From a virus (Duplodnaviria > Caudoviricetes), in IMG/VR virus record IMGVR_UViG_3300032233_003207, positions 16,683 to 80,682 of that record: DNA of 64,000 bases; one strand, 5' to 3'. Positions within the stretch are counted from its first letter, which is position 1. Every line of letters starts with the position of its first letter. The position numbers and the translations under genes were made by a program. Below the pieces are notes generated by a model. That model was not told where the DNA came from. It made no database searches and saw only the letters and a program-made list of their open reading frames with translations. Of this stretch, positions 9,301 to 20,400 are shown piece by piece.

Positions 9301-10334
9301 ACTATTCCACTGCCGCCAGCACTAATAGTATTATTACTAAAAATAAAATCAACTGGTTGTGGAACTGAATCTAATACTATACCCTCTTGCTGTAAACTAT
9401 TATGATTATAGCTTACTTGAGCGATTGGAATATTAGATGGTATAAATTCAATAGGTAAATTAGGTGCTATATCTGTAGGATATTGTACTCCAGACTGTAG
9501 AGAATAAATACTAACTATTAAATCTCCTTGCCAATCTAAATCAGTTTCACTACCAACTATAGTATTTTGAGTAGATAATAATAAAGTAATTTTTTGTATA
9601 TTATTTGTTGTTGCTAAAAACTTCTGACCTATTTGTGTAGTAACATCATTAACTAATAATATCTTTCTTTCTCGCTCTGTTGTAAAAATATTTAAAGTAT
9701 CAATATTATAAAGTGGTAAAGCACTTTGTAACATGGCATCTAAATTAACAAAGCCATCTAAGAAAAAATCTCTAAAAAATAAATTAGGTTCAAGATCTTG
9801 AGATACCATAATAGCATCTCTAGATAAAGTCATAGGCTTTGCTTCTGAAATAACTATTCTTCCACCTAAATTCATTGAAAGATTAGGATTGCCTATAAAA
9901 TCATTAAATAGTAATACTAAAAGTTTGGTATAATGTCTTTTACTTATTTGAGATTCATTAGATTTAAAATAAAAAGTTTCATATTGTAAATTATTTTCAA
10001 AATCTAAACCTATAATTGCAAATTTTATAGCTCTTTTTACAGATGCTTTAGAGTCAGTTAATTTAATTTCTATTTGGTTACCTAAATTATTATCTGTAGG
10101 CTGACTTTGAGAATAAATTGGTAAACCATCTAAAAATCCAGATACTAATAATGAGTCAAATAATACATTCTCAACTAAAGATTCAGATAATACACCGCTT
10201 CCTAAATGATTATTTATAATTCCTGATGTAATAGTATCATTATAGTTCTGCTCTAATGATAAATCAGTATTATCTACTTGTTGAGAGTCAAACCATATGT
10301 TTTGTTCTGCTGATATAGGGTTTCTTTTTGTCAT
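6387..10334 (-). CDS. Large baseplate/fibre-attachment structural protein with two dockerin-like Ca-binding repeats
   Basis: Directly follows the wedge genes. Contains GDVDGDGIVSDRDLLLLQTYL and ADIDGDFAVTLNDGYLLDSYI, and a C-terminal fibre-type LPIIHGGTG...GTVLTSNGSG motif. Confidence 0.6.
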   Translation of the reverse strand: MTKRNPISAEQNIWFDSQQVDNTDLSLEQNYNDTITSGIINNHLGSGVLSESLVENVLFDSLLVSGFLDGLPIYSQSQPTDNNLGNQIEIKLTDSKASVKRAIKFAIIGLDFENNLQYETFYFKSNESQISKRHYTKLLVLLFNDFIGNPNLSMNLGGRIVISEAKPMTLSRDAIMVSQDLEPNLFFRDFFLDGFVNLDAMLQSALPLYNIDTLNIFTTERERKILLVNDVTTQIGQKFLATTNNIQKITLLLSTQNTIVGSETDLDWQGDLIVSIYSLQSGVQYPTDIAPNLPIEFIPSNIPIAQVSYNHNSLQQEGIVLDSVPQPVDFIFSNNTISAGGSGIVPGNYYALTIKRGGSANKCDILISSSNNRQTDSRITIYNGTLWVDLPDQDLWFRIYTDSAKISDGQAYDTGHGIALEKIVKDNSSQANVDFCLENISFTGNDVYRATVFASTEKTTPVPDSRTGQPILSRKQFVPSVKLLNSIDIANLSDASEPLLIGAISDKNRKFLDSISAEIISNLHSATIVNDEILIKVIDDSTDVGRYDTSVTSLVTNLLNGDLVNAKIYPNYNDATKYYRIADASLCSMILGDVDGDGIVSDRDLLLLQTYLDYNLNLGLPQNTQITTDSVTTTFTNGYTAYNKPFSNLFGINFQLVNPADNTVVASGSDGVLVTNPSDPRLANFTSSSILFSTIIGVESYKLVLLDSVAPENHGGFDIIYMDEITDVLTVRKVFLNGDTIGQILRADIDGDFAVTLNDGYLLDSYIQRQPYVSSGTTTYPAPATIQYTKIGTRFNVIRLKLEQYIDRNDDYSTLLSGRSGSIHPLPDIFINDSTFASHNFYDFPIQMGIEKKLTWDESLIVSNSKPKLLPSVFTSNNVLNKPECYKEGIIYNVYGGEPEFNPGKIDFFVPENLILGDGGELHRPDGNFYKVDFEVGTIVLEIPDGFFGTEKTINILEDFIASTTDNGLLTGITKLGFPAMKFADCSLVTADALSKDQLRFSVSVQSFSPNINGLSNELYSGAIVDGKIGVSVDYTTGLLTLNFTNLYQDLTLKTLSTKIQVNVFLKKGGFNNQPIFVDSTKVQNMLKLISVFSGSVAGGPSALVELESDVSGILPIIHGGTGLNSVGVFGTVLTSNGSGLSYQFISDLPGVISSSSGMADANKIIKTDSNGLLDQSFLYKNPIHIYASAGLFLNNNSTPVVIGATQFRFDNYILQGLDSIKLEAILETTNAANTAIVQLYCVNTASYIDLVSASTELSTTNTSTTFLSSDDIKDLLPNGLDDYIYEIHLSLDPSDAGENAICKMARLTLKFVNP

Positions 10335-10341
10335 TGCGTTC

Positions 10342-13300
10342 TCATCTAATATACTTTATAAATACCTTAGAATTAGCGGGTTTAAGCGCTTTTATTAATT
10401 TCTCTAAAGCTCTTTGAGCTGGGGCGCTACTATTAACTATACCAAAAGAATCCAAAATATTAACAGAAAAATCAAAAGATCCTGTATTTCGATTCTTTAT
10501 AACTGCAAAGTCTGTATTTATGCCAGTTAATTGATTAAAATCTAACAAATAAGTCGTATATAAGTCAGAAGTGACCGGAAATACCATATCAATATTACTA
10601 TTATAGTTAATATCAAGTGGATATCCATATGGAGCGTACATTTCTCTAGAAATATTACTAATTCTTAAATTATCTATTAAAGAATAGACTGAGCTTTGAC
10701 CATTATATTGTGATCCAACATACAATGTATTAATTGAATCTTTAAATTTTATATTTGGCTTTAAATTATAACCATCAGTATACATATTAATGATTGCTTG
10801 TGATGACATGCTGCTATCTGCAATTAATTCAATATTTGAATACTCATATCCATCTAAAAATAGTCTCATTTCATCATTACCAATACCGCCATTAATTTTA
10901 TAGCTTGCTTTTACCCTGTGCCAAGTATTTTTTGACCATATAATAGGAGTTCTAACTAAATAGGTATTGCCGGATGAAACAATAGAAAAATTCATAAAGC
11001 TAGATTTGTCTTTATAAATAGAAATTCTATCTCCCTGTAATCCTTTAGGGATATAGGATACAACAACTTGAGAATTTTGATAAGGAAGTTTTTTATTTAA
11101 TCTAATTACTTGTGAATTTAATTTTGGATTATAATTTTCACTAGTTTTATAGGTTATAATTAAAGGTAAATTTCCTTGAGGTAAGGTTTTACCTAAATAA
11201 ATAGTTTTTCTATCTGTGCTAATTTGTCCATCAGCAAAATAATCAGTGCCTATAATATCAGATGCAATCTGAACTTTTATTACTTGTAATATTTTTCTAG
11301 AAACATTAACTGCACCATTAGAAATACTTATTGACTGCTCTCTAATAGCATCTTGAGTATCTATTTCAATACTACCGCCAGCAAAATAATCAATATTTGG
11401 ATCTCCATTTTTTAATTTTATGCTTAAAATTTTACTTGCTGGATTTTTTAATTTTATAGAAACATTATTAGTGCTTACAGCTTCTTCTACTACTGCTCCA
11501 AAAGCATCAAAATAATATCTTTCATTTAAATCATATCCAGTATCAAAAATTGGATTAACCCAAAATTCTATTGTAGCTTGTTTTTTAGTATCTAAGATGC
11601 CATCATTAGGAATGATTAGCGGATCATCTAGAAGGACTAAACTATTTCCAAAATTTTCATTTACAACTAAAGCAGATTGAAAATGTTTATTTAAATAATT
11701 TGTAGTTTTATAAAAATCTGCATCATTTGTAAAAGGATATGAATCAAAATTCATTAATACTAATGTATTATTATCTTTTGTTAATGGCTTTAGAGAATTA
11801 AAATCTTTAGTTATAGATCTTTGATTTTGTGGAATACTTTCGCCTATTCTAGTATCAGTTAATTTTGTAGAATATATTTTAACTTGATCTAAAATTGAAT
11901 TTATTTGACTTGAACCATTAAAATCACTTCCTATAAACATAGGAGAATTAATTGAACTAATTTTTATTTGCAAATATGTTTGATATTCAATATCATAAAA
12001 GCCTTTAGATAGCAAATATCCTTGACTTGGAAGATAGCTGGATTCAAAAATAAAGAATCCATTTTCAAAACCACTTCTAGAGTCGGTAACCTTTATTATT
12101 TGATAAATGCCATTACTAAAGCTAGATAATGGTAGAGTAAATGCTGGAACTGCAGAATCTAAAGTTAATGTTTTCCTGTCAAAAGATACATCTATTATTT
12201 TATAATATCCAGCTACTTCTGGAGGAGAATTAATTACTAAATAATTGCCGATTTCAGACCCATTAAATAATTTAGTATTATCAGTTACAGTATAACCATC
12301 ATTAGAATATAGGTCTATACCTGAATTTGCTGTATAAGCATATTTTATTAATCCGAACAATGTACTAGATTCTGGCTGAGTAATAGAATACTTTTCTTTA
12401 CATTCTAAAACGACTGCATTTTTATTAATATCTATTGGTTTAACTGAAATCTTAACATAATTAGTTTTTAAATATTTATTTGTAAAATCTACAGTTCCAT
12501 AATCACTAAATGTTATAGTTTCACTAACTGTATTAATTCCAACTAGACCTTCAATTGTTACAGTAACTGGAGAAGAGAAGTCAACATTATTTCCACTAAT
12601 TGTTGCACTAATTGTTCTGCCATTTTCAGAGTTTGATGGTGGAAATACATCTAAATTATTAGAATCATATATTCCTCCAGATAAAGTTGCATTAGAACTA
12701 TTTATTATGGTCGATGGTAAAATAATTTTTTTAATTGCAACATCGTCAAAAGAAATTGGAGCTGGCATTTTTGTTGTAATAATGTTACTTGTATTATTTG
12801 ACCACATATAGTATTTGTGTTTTACTAATCTGTGATTTAAACCTAATGTATTAATAATTATTAAATCATTAGCAAATAAATTATTAGAAATTGTAATGTT
12901 ATTATTACGATTTACATCTTTAAAAATAGAATATGATGGAAACAATGCTCTAGTGCCTGGTATTTCAATTGCAGTATTATTAGAATAAATTGTGAAATTA
13001 GCATTTGTTAATGATACTGGCAAATCATCTGTAATTGTTATAGAGTTTGATGAAACTCCAATAATATTATATGTTAATTCTAAAGAAGGGTCTTCAATTC
13101 TTATTAAATCACCAGCAGATACACCTAGCATATCAAAATCTTTAGAAAGAGATGTTACAATATTTGTTCCAGAAACTGTAGTTAAATCTGAACCTAAAAT
13201 AGCCGCAGGAACTCTACTAACAGCAATATTAGAAGAGATGTCAATATCTGAATTTACTACAAAAGAAGTCCTATTGACAGAATATCTGCCATTAGAAATA

Positions 13301-16300
13301 GTTAATGGCATTACACTATTTAAAGTTAGTGTTTGACCATTTATTCCAGTAATAGTATATCCTGAAACATTAAAACCATCTTCATCAATAAAAATTTGAT
13401 CACCAATAGAAATATTATATGCACTAAAATTTATAGAAGAAGTTACAGTATTAGTATTTATAGTAGTTTTTAAATCTATTGAACTTATAATATCTTTATT
13501 ATTTAATCCTAATATTTCTTCTGAACTTATTGTTCTAAATTTTTGATGTAAATATGGCTGTAATTTTTGAGAGTATTTTATTATATTTGGTACTTCTAGT
13601 CCGTCAATAAATAGATGCATTTCATCTTGGCAATCTCTATTATTTAATTTCCATGAAGCCGCAATATGATGTAATTCCCCAGATTTCCAATTAGATACAT
13701 CTGCACTAATTGAATATGTATTTTTGTCTTTATCGAATACTTTAAAATTAAAGTAACCGGAAACATCTTTAAATAGAGATAATCTATTTATATTTTTTTC
13801 TTCTCCAAGATCTAAAAGATAATGATCTATATCAGATAAAAATGTTATTGTTTGATCTAGTAATCCATTGCCTATAATAGAAAAATTAATTAAGCTATTT
13901 CCAGAAAAAATGTTTAAATTAGCTGGCGTAGGTACTTCTAAACTTTTAGAATCATAAAATGATCCATTTGAACTTATTTTAAATTTATAGTTATAAGACA
14001 ATCCATCAACATATCCATCAATTACTTGAACATACCATCTATTAAAACTTCCAGAAATATCTTTATCATAATAAATAAATACTCCATCCTTATTAGTATT
14101 TGGAGATCCAGATAAAATATCTTTTTTATTTATTGTAAATTTTCTATTTTTTATAGTAGGATGGTATTCAGATGCTCCTATAAAAACTTTTTTGCTATCA
14201 ATTAAATTGTTATTATAATTAACTTCAAAAGTTAATGTTGCATCATTATCTAAACCATTCCATTCAGGCGATATCCAAGTTTCAAAAGTACCTTCTTCTA
14301 ATCTTAAGTTAGATGATGCGGGTAAACTTATAGTTTGATTTTCTGAATTAATTAAAACACCATTATAATATTTTGCTGGCAACAAATTAAATTCACCTGT
14401 TGTTTTAACACTTGATGGATTTAATACGCTAGATCCCAATGACCAATTTTCAAAAGCCGATTCAATAACTTGCGGCTCAATATGTGATATGGTTTTTCCA
14501 ATATTTTTTATAGCACTTAAAGTTGGACCTTGAATAAATGAAGACATTGCTGCTGTCAATGAATCACGATATCTTTCTCTATCAAATGTCAAATCAACAT
14601 TTGTTAATTCTGGTATATTAACTAGATTGCCAAAGTTTTTTAATAAAGCATCTCTTAGAGCGCCTACTTTATAACTTGCATAGTATCCTGTATTTGCTGA
14701 TACTGTTGTGCTAGATCTAAAATCAATTACGTTATCACCATATTCATAACTAACTAATATTTCATCTGAAAGATATGAATAATCAATAAATAAATCTCCT
14801 TTATTATAATCAACAATAATTCTTGATAAATTTTCAATAGTAAAATTATAAATTACATTAACTAATTGTCCTGCAGCTGGCGCATTAACTCCTGATAAAA
14901 TCAATTTAGCAGGCTCTCCAGGAACAATATAGCCTGAATTATCCCACAATTCAGCTGAGTCGCTTACTCTAATTACATTAAAATTAAAAGATATATTTGG
15001 TGATAAATATGTAATATTTTCATTTAATTTAATAAAATAATTAGTTCCATCAAATTCTATAGGATACAATACTTCTTTATAATAATTATTTACAGTAATA
15101 TTAAAGTTATTTGGTTCAGAATAATTTGCAAAATTAATTGGATAATTATTATTTATTAAATCATCAAATTCAAAAAGACTTCTTACAAATTTAACTTGAT
15201 TAGTTACACCTGGAACAAATTGAGCATCAACAAAAGATCCTACTGAACCATTTAATATTTGATAAAAAGATTCTGTAACATTATTTAAAGAATCTTCATC
15301 TGAATATTGTAATTGATCTGGTATAACATATCCATCATTAAATGATATATAAGAAATTTGTTTATTTTTTATAGATAAAGGGTCTATTTGATAATAAACA
15401 TCATCAACACTAATAATGTGTGGATTTATAAGCGATATTCTATCGCTTTTATAATTTATAGTGCCTATATTATTATCTTGTGTATTTGATACTGCGCAAT
15501 AAATAATTCCATTAATATAATCAATGCAATATTCTCCAATATCTTTTAAATTATCAATATTGGCTTCTACTAGCTGATTTTTATCAAACCATTTTTCTAT
15601 AGCAAAAATATCAATTTTAGAAAAAGACACACTAGTATTTATAGATGATCCAAATGCATCTTCAGTTGCAGCGATAATATTATTATTCTTTAATAAAATT
15701 TTAAAGACTTTTAAAAATGATGAGTTTGTAATAAAGCTATCAACAAATAATAATTCATTACTTACGTTATTAAAAGATACTTTTTCTGATTTTTTATTTT
15801 GAATATTTGGCGCATTAAAATATTTAATATAAATTTTATCAGAATCCCATCTATCAATTACATATATTTCACCAGTAGTTTCATTATATACTTGAAATAC
15901 ATTAGTTATTGGAGTATTCTTTACTTTAATTGCATTTAAAGCTACAATTCTATTTTCAATTCTTTCTGATAAAGCTTCTTTATGAACTTGAGCATCATAG
16001 TCAATTCCTGGTACTAATACTTGCTCATAATCAAATTCAATAAAGCCTGGATTATTAATTAAATTACCAATTGGCAATGCAACAATATCATAAGTTGTAT
16101 TATCAAAAGTATAATCCTGATCTTGTTTGAATGTATATTTGTATTTATAAGTAGCTAATGGTGGATATGGTCCAGTACCATCATTTTTAAAATCTTCTCC
16201 ATAGACATAAACAGTACCAGTACTATAATCAATTGAATATTGTCCTGGCATACTTGGCAAACCATTTAATCTAAATGGTATTTCATTTTTGAATGCAGGA

Positions 16301-17472
16301 TGAATACCGTTTGGTGGCTGATTAGGATCAGTAAAAGTTATGCCTGCAAGATCTGGTATAGTCCCACTATTATTAACGATAGGGGCATGTTTTAAATTAA
16401 AAACATTAATAATTGGTGGCAAAACTTCTCTAATAGAATTGTAAAATGTATATGATGTAACAGAATCGGAACTAACAATTAATCCTAAATTTTTATATTC
16501 ATATTCAATAGATACATTAATAATGTTGTTAATATCAAATAAAGGATCTGATATGATTTGATCATTTAATTTAATTTGATTATTATTTAATAATGGATAA
16601 GTAAACCCATACTCTTGATCATATTTAGAATCAAAAATTTGATATCCTAAATTTTCAATATTATATTTATATATTGGTGTTGCAGAGTTTATTGTAAAAA
16701 TTATGCTATTTACTTTAATAATAGGTAATTTATTAACATTTAATATTAAATCATTTATATTAAATTTACCATTTTCATTAATACTATCTGGGGTTAATAT
16801 TTCTGTATAGCTTTCTTTTTGTAAAGAAATAGGATAGAATGGGGCATAACTTAAAGTAAATTTTTTATGAGCAGAAGTGCCTGCTGGTGTTAATCCAACT
16901 CTTATTATTTCATAAGCGCCTTCTTCAGATAACCTATCATATGGTCCATCGCCTCTGACTATTCTTTCATCAACAATATTTGTAGATAAATAGTTTTCAT
17001 TTTTTACTTGGCGTATATCATATAAAGCTCTAGCTAAATTTTTAGATAAAGATCTAACATATGATCCAACAACAGTTGTATCGTCATCAATATTATATAT
17101 ATTATCTTTAAAATAATTTTTTAAATTTGACTGTATTGGATTTTCTGGTTCAATTGGAGCGATAAAATAATATTTATTATTAATTCCATCTTCTAATAGT
17201 TTAGACTCTCCATTTATAGAAATAAAAGGATATTTATTTGTTGATTTAAGCTCTAAATAATAACTTGCAAAACTAGAAAGCGGCAAAGATGTAATCTCTA
17301 AATCTTTTTTATTTACTGAAATAGAAATAGTTTGCGAATCTGGGACATTAATAGTGTTTGATTTAATTAAAACATTTGATACAGTTAAATTAGAAGTTAA
17401 ATTATCAGTAAAAGATACTGTAATTGATGTACTGCTATTAATTTTTACATTAACTATTCTTAAATTTTCCAT
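10342..17472 (-). CDS. Giant baseplate wedge protein (P2 gpI/T4 gp7-like role) with Ig-like and two LamG-like domains
   Basis: 2376 aa directly after the gpJ-like gene (TAATG overlap). N-terminal Ig-like SSTSITVSFTDNL, wedge-like RERYRD...QGPTLSAIK, C-terminal LIKALKPANSKVFIKY, and LamG motifs GTFETWISP/HHIAASW/LFIDG and TIEFWVNP/WHRVKASY/LFLDG/IDNLRIS. Confidence 0.65.
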   Translation of the reverse strand: MENLRIVNVKINSSTSITVSFTDNLTSNLTVSNVLIKSNTINVPDSQTISISVNKKDLEITSLPLSSFASYYLELKSTNKYPFISINGESKLLEDGINNKYYFIAPIEPENPIQSNLKNYFKDNIYNIDDDTTVVGSYVRSLSKNLARALYDIRQVKNENYLSTNIVDERIVRGDGPYDRLSEEGAYEIIRVGLTPAGTSAHKKFTLSYAPFYPISLQKESYTEILTPDSINENGKFNINDLILNVNKLPIIKVNSIIFTINSATPIYKYNIENLGYQIFDSKYDQEYGFTYPLLNNNQIKLNDQIISDPLFDINNIINVSIEYEYKNLGLIVSSDSVTSYTFYNSIREVLPPIINVFNLKHAPIVNNSGTIPDLAGITFTDPNQPPNGIHPAFKNEIPFRLNGLPSMPGQYSIDYSTGTVYVYGEDFKNDGTGPYPPLATYKYKYTFKQDQDYTFDNTTYDIVALPIGNLINNPGFIEFDYEQVLVPGIDYDAQVHKEALSERIENRIVALNAIKVKNTPITNVFQVYNETTGEIYVIDRWDSDKIYIKYFNAPNIQNKKSEKVSFNNVSNELLFVDSFITNSSFLKVFKILLKNNNIIAATEDAFGSSINTSVSFSKIDIFAIEKWFDKNQLVEANIDNLKDIGEYCIDYINGIIYCAVSNTQDNNIGTINYKSDRISLINPHIISVDDVYYQIDPLSIKNKQISYISFNDGYVIPDQLQYSDEDSLNNVTESFYQILNGSVGSFVDAQFVPGVTNQVKFVRSLFEFDDLINNNYPINFANYSEPNNFNITVNNYYKEVLYPIEFDGTNYFIKLNENITYLSPNISFNFNVIRVSDSAELWDNSGYIVPGEPAKLILSGVNAPAAGQLVNVIYNFTIENLSRIIVDYNKGDLFIDYSYLSDEILVSYEYGDNVIDFRSSTTVSANTGYYASYKVGALRDALLKNFGNLVNIPELTNVDLTFDRERYRDSLTAAMSSFIQGPTLSAIKNIGKTISHIEPQVIESAFENWSLGSSVLNPSSVKTTGEFNLLPAKYYNGVLINSENQTISLPASSNLRLEEGTFETWISPEWNGLDNDATLTFEVNYNNNLIDSKKVFIGASEYHPTIKNRKFTINKKDILSGSPNTNKDGVFIYYDKDISGSFNRWYVQVIDGYVDGLSYNYKFKISSNGSFYDSKSLEVPTPANLNIFSGNSLINFSIIGNGLLDQTITFLSDIDHYLLDLGEEKNINRLSLFKDVSGYFNFKVFDKDKNTYSISADVSNWKSGELHHIAASWKLNNRDCQDEMHLFIDGLEVPNIIKYSQKLQPYLHQKFRTISSEEILGLNNKDIISSIDLKTTINTNTVTSSINFSAYNISIGDQIFIDEDGFNVSGYTITGINGQTLTLNSVMPLTISNGRYSVNRTSFVVNSDIDISSNIAVSRVPAAILGSDLTTVSGTNIVTSLSKDFDMLGVSAGDLIRIEDPSLELTYNIIGVSSNSITITDDLPVSLTNANFTIYSNNTAIEIPGTRALFPSYSIFKDVNRNNNITISNNLFANDLIIINTLGLNHRLVKHKYYMWSNNTSNIITTKMPAPISFDDVAIKKIILPSTIINSSNATLSGGIYDSNNLDVFPPSNSENGRTISATISGNNVDFSSPVTVTIEGLVGINTVSETITFSDYGTVDFTNKYLKTNYVKISVKPIDINKNAVVLECKEKYSITQPESSTLFGLIKYAYTANSGIDLYSNDGYTVTDNTKLFNGSEIGNYLVINSPPEVAGYYKIIDVSFDRKTLTLDSAVPAFTLPLSSFSNGIYQIIKVTDSRSGFENGFFIFESSYLPSQGYLLSKGFYDIEYQTYLQIKISSINSPMFIGSDFNGSSQINSILDQVKIYSTKLTDTRIGESIPQNQRSITKDFNSLKPLTKDNNTLVLMNFDSYPFTNDADFYKTTNYLNKHFQSALVVNENFGNSLVLLDDPLIIPNDGILDTKKQATIEFWVNPIFDTGYDLNERYYFDAFGAVVEEAVSTNNVSIKLKNPASKILSIKLKNGDPNIDYFAGGSIEIDTQDAIREQSISISNGAVNVSRKILQVIKVQIASDIIGTDYFADGQISTDRKTIYLGKTLPQGNLPLIITYKTSENYNPKLNSQVIRLNKKLPYQNSQVVVSYIPKGLQGDRISIYKDKSSFMNFSIVSSGNTYLVRTPIIWSKNTWHRVKASYKINGGIGNDEMRLFLDGYEYSNIELIADSSMSSQAIINMYTDGYNLKPNIKFKDSINTLYVGSQYNGQSSVYSLIDNLRISNISREMYAPYGYPLDINYNSNIDMVFPVTSDLYTTYLLDFNQLTGINTDFAVIKNRNTGSFDFSVNILDSFGIVNSSAPAQRALEKLIKALKPANSKVFIKYIR

Positions 17473-20400
17473 TATCTAGTCTCTGTGTTTACAATTACGT
17501 TATTAGAAACAAAATATTCGTCTTTTTGTGCAGTTAAAGTTAAAACTTGACCTGTAACCCCTGTTTTATTTAAATAAACAACTCTAGCTCTAGCTACACC
17601 GCTAACACCTTGAGCTATATTTATTAATGTAATTTGATCTATAACAGCTGCAAGAGTATTTGAATTTAAAGCTGTAGATAGTTGATCTTTTACGCTTTGA
17701 ATAACAGTATTAGATACTCCTAATGATGATTCTGATATAACTATATTCATAGTTAAATCAATTAATATTGGTTTTGCCTGGCGTACTAATACGTCGGCAT
17801 TGATTGGTCTAGAGTTTTCTACATTAAATGTAACATCTGATATAATTTTATTATAGTTATATTCAATAGATATTCTTTCATTTGGTTTTGGAGCTAAATA
17901 GTCATAAAATACTGTATATCTTGCCCCAATATTTGGTTGATTAATAGTATTGAATGTTAAACGAGATGATAGTGATGATTTAAATCCGCTATTAACAAAT
18001 ATTTTATTAAATAATATAAATTTTTTGTTACTATAAAGAGTGCCATTTTTAGTATATGATAAATTTTCAGAATCATTTTCTGTAGTGTAATAAAATGTTA
18101 CCCTTAACCTGTCACCTAGTTTTGGTAAATTTTGAGAATCTGTTGTTGAAGTATTATTATTTGTAGATGGTAATACAAATTCTAAATTTTGTAATGAAGA
18201 ATCTGCTATAAAATCTTCTAAATAAAATGAATTTTCTTGTAATTTAGTATTTTTTAAATCATATTCATTTAATATGCTTAATATTTCATCACTGCTATTA
18301 TTAATAGTAGTAACTTTTTCTAATTTACTTATTCTTACAAGTTTTATATTAGATGGAATTGATGCGTTAGAGCTTAATCCTAAAGATTTTCTCACTGCTT
18401 CAGATAAGTTTAATTTTAAACCTGTATTAGTTGCTGTGAAAACAGCATTAGCTACTTTAGTAATAGAAGTGCCGCTTACTGTTATAGTTCCAGAATTAAT
18501 TACTTGATCTGTTAAAATTGAACTAATTCTAGGTGTAGATTGTTTTAAATTAATATATTCATAATATAAAATAAAAGCTAAATCATTTTCTTCAGCTAAA
18601 ATATCTGATGGTAAAATTAATTGATTATTATCAATATCTATTAAACCATTGCTATTCCATATTTCTTTTCCGTCTAATAATCTAATAATACAAATTTGAT
18701 TTTTATTAATAGAATTTAATGAGTTATTTATTACTATAGTATTATTAGATAAATTATAACTTACAATATCATAAATACCATTATTAATACTACTGCTATC
18801 ATATATTTTAATTTTTTTATTATTTATATCTAATAAAGTTGAAAAATCTACTGACATGCTACCAATGATAGCAGAACTGCCATTTTCAACAATATATCCA
18901 TCATTTACTGCAAATAATTCAGAGTCTGTATTAGGCTCTAGTACTGAAAAAGATAATCCAGTTTGGCTTTCAAAATTATTTAATTTTATAAATAATTTTT
19001 GATTTAAACTATTTTTGTTAACCTGATCAATTCTATACTTAATCAATTTATTTTGATAAGTAAATGGCTGAAATCTAGATTTATCTGTAGCATAATAAAT
19101 GGCTAAAACTTTATCTAAAGTAGTGGGTGAATTATAGCCACTTAAAATAAGCTGATAATTTCCATTATCTCCATTTATAATGGTTCCAGGATAATCTGAA
19201 TTCCATAATTCATAACCATCAGATAATCTAACTAAGGATAAAATCTGTGACTGATCTAAAGAATAATCTTGAGATGAAATATTTAAATCAATATAAAGTT
19301 GATTACTAGTGTTTAATTTTACACTTTGAAATTCTCTTTTTGAAATATTTGAAATATTAACATTATTAAATCCTAAATTATTTGATAGTAAATATCCATT
19401 TCCAGATCTACTAGCAGGTAATGAGGAAATAGCAGATGAATATAATTGATTTGTATTTGCTATATAAGATACTAATAATCCAACTGTGTTTGCAGTGCTA
19501 TCAACTTGACTAGATGGAATATTAATTTGTGTTCCAGAAGAATTTCCTACTGAATTATTTTGATGATAAACATCTTTTGAATTAAATCTTACTGTAAGCT
19601 TATCGCCAACATTAGCAGGAGTATCTATTGGTAAAACTATTGATGTACTATATACTAAATTTACTCCCACTACTTCTGAACTGTTAGTAAATGTTCCATC
19701 TTGTTGTGCCGTAAAATATACTTCTGTATCTGAATGTTTTAATTTTACAGAATCAATAGTATCAATTATTGCTGGTAATCTTTCTAATTTTATAGATAAT
19801 CTTCCAGTAAAAATACCAGATGTAACTATACTAACAATAGCATCTGCCTCTTCAAATTGATTTGCAGAAACTACTGTTGATATTGGGTGAATAGCATTTC
19901 CAACATAAAAATTATTAGTAGCATCTAGTTTAAATAAAATATATTCATTTTTAACTTTTGAAGAAAATCCCCAATCAATGCTATCTACTACATTTCTAAT
20001 ATTAGATGTATTTTTTAAACCATCATAATCTGAATATTGATCATATTCAACAGTCCAATTATAATCTACTTGTAAAACATCTGTCTGTACAGGTAAAGTA
20101 TTTCCTGAAATTTTAATTCTTCCAGAAGTATTTAGTCCTGATGTGCTGTCTAAATTTTGACTAACAACAATATATCTTTCACCAGTGTTGACATTAAATA
20201 CTCTAGTAACATTACTTGCTGGAGTATGTAATAATTTAATTATAGATCTATCAGATGTAACTTCACTATCTTCATTAACTATAGGTATTATTTGTTGAGC
20301 CTTAGGTATTTCTAATAAGCCTGTAAAACTTGTAGGATCTTGTCCATTATTTTGACCTTTTACTCTTTCATCTTGAAATAATGAGATTCTATCTGAAACC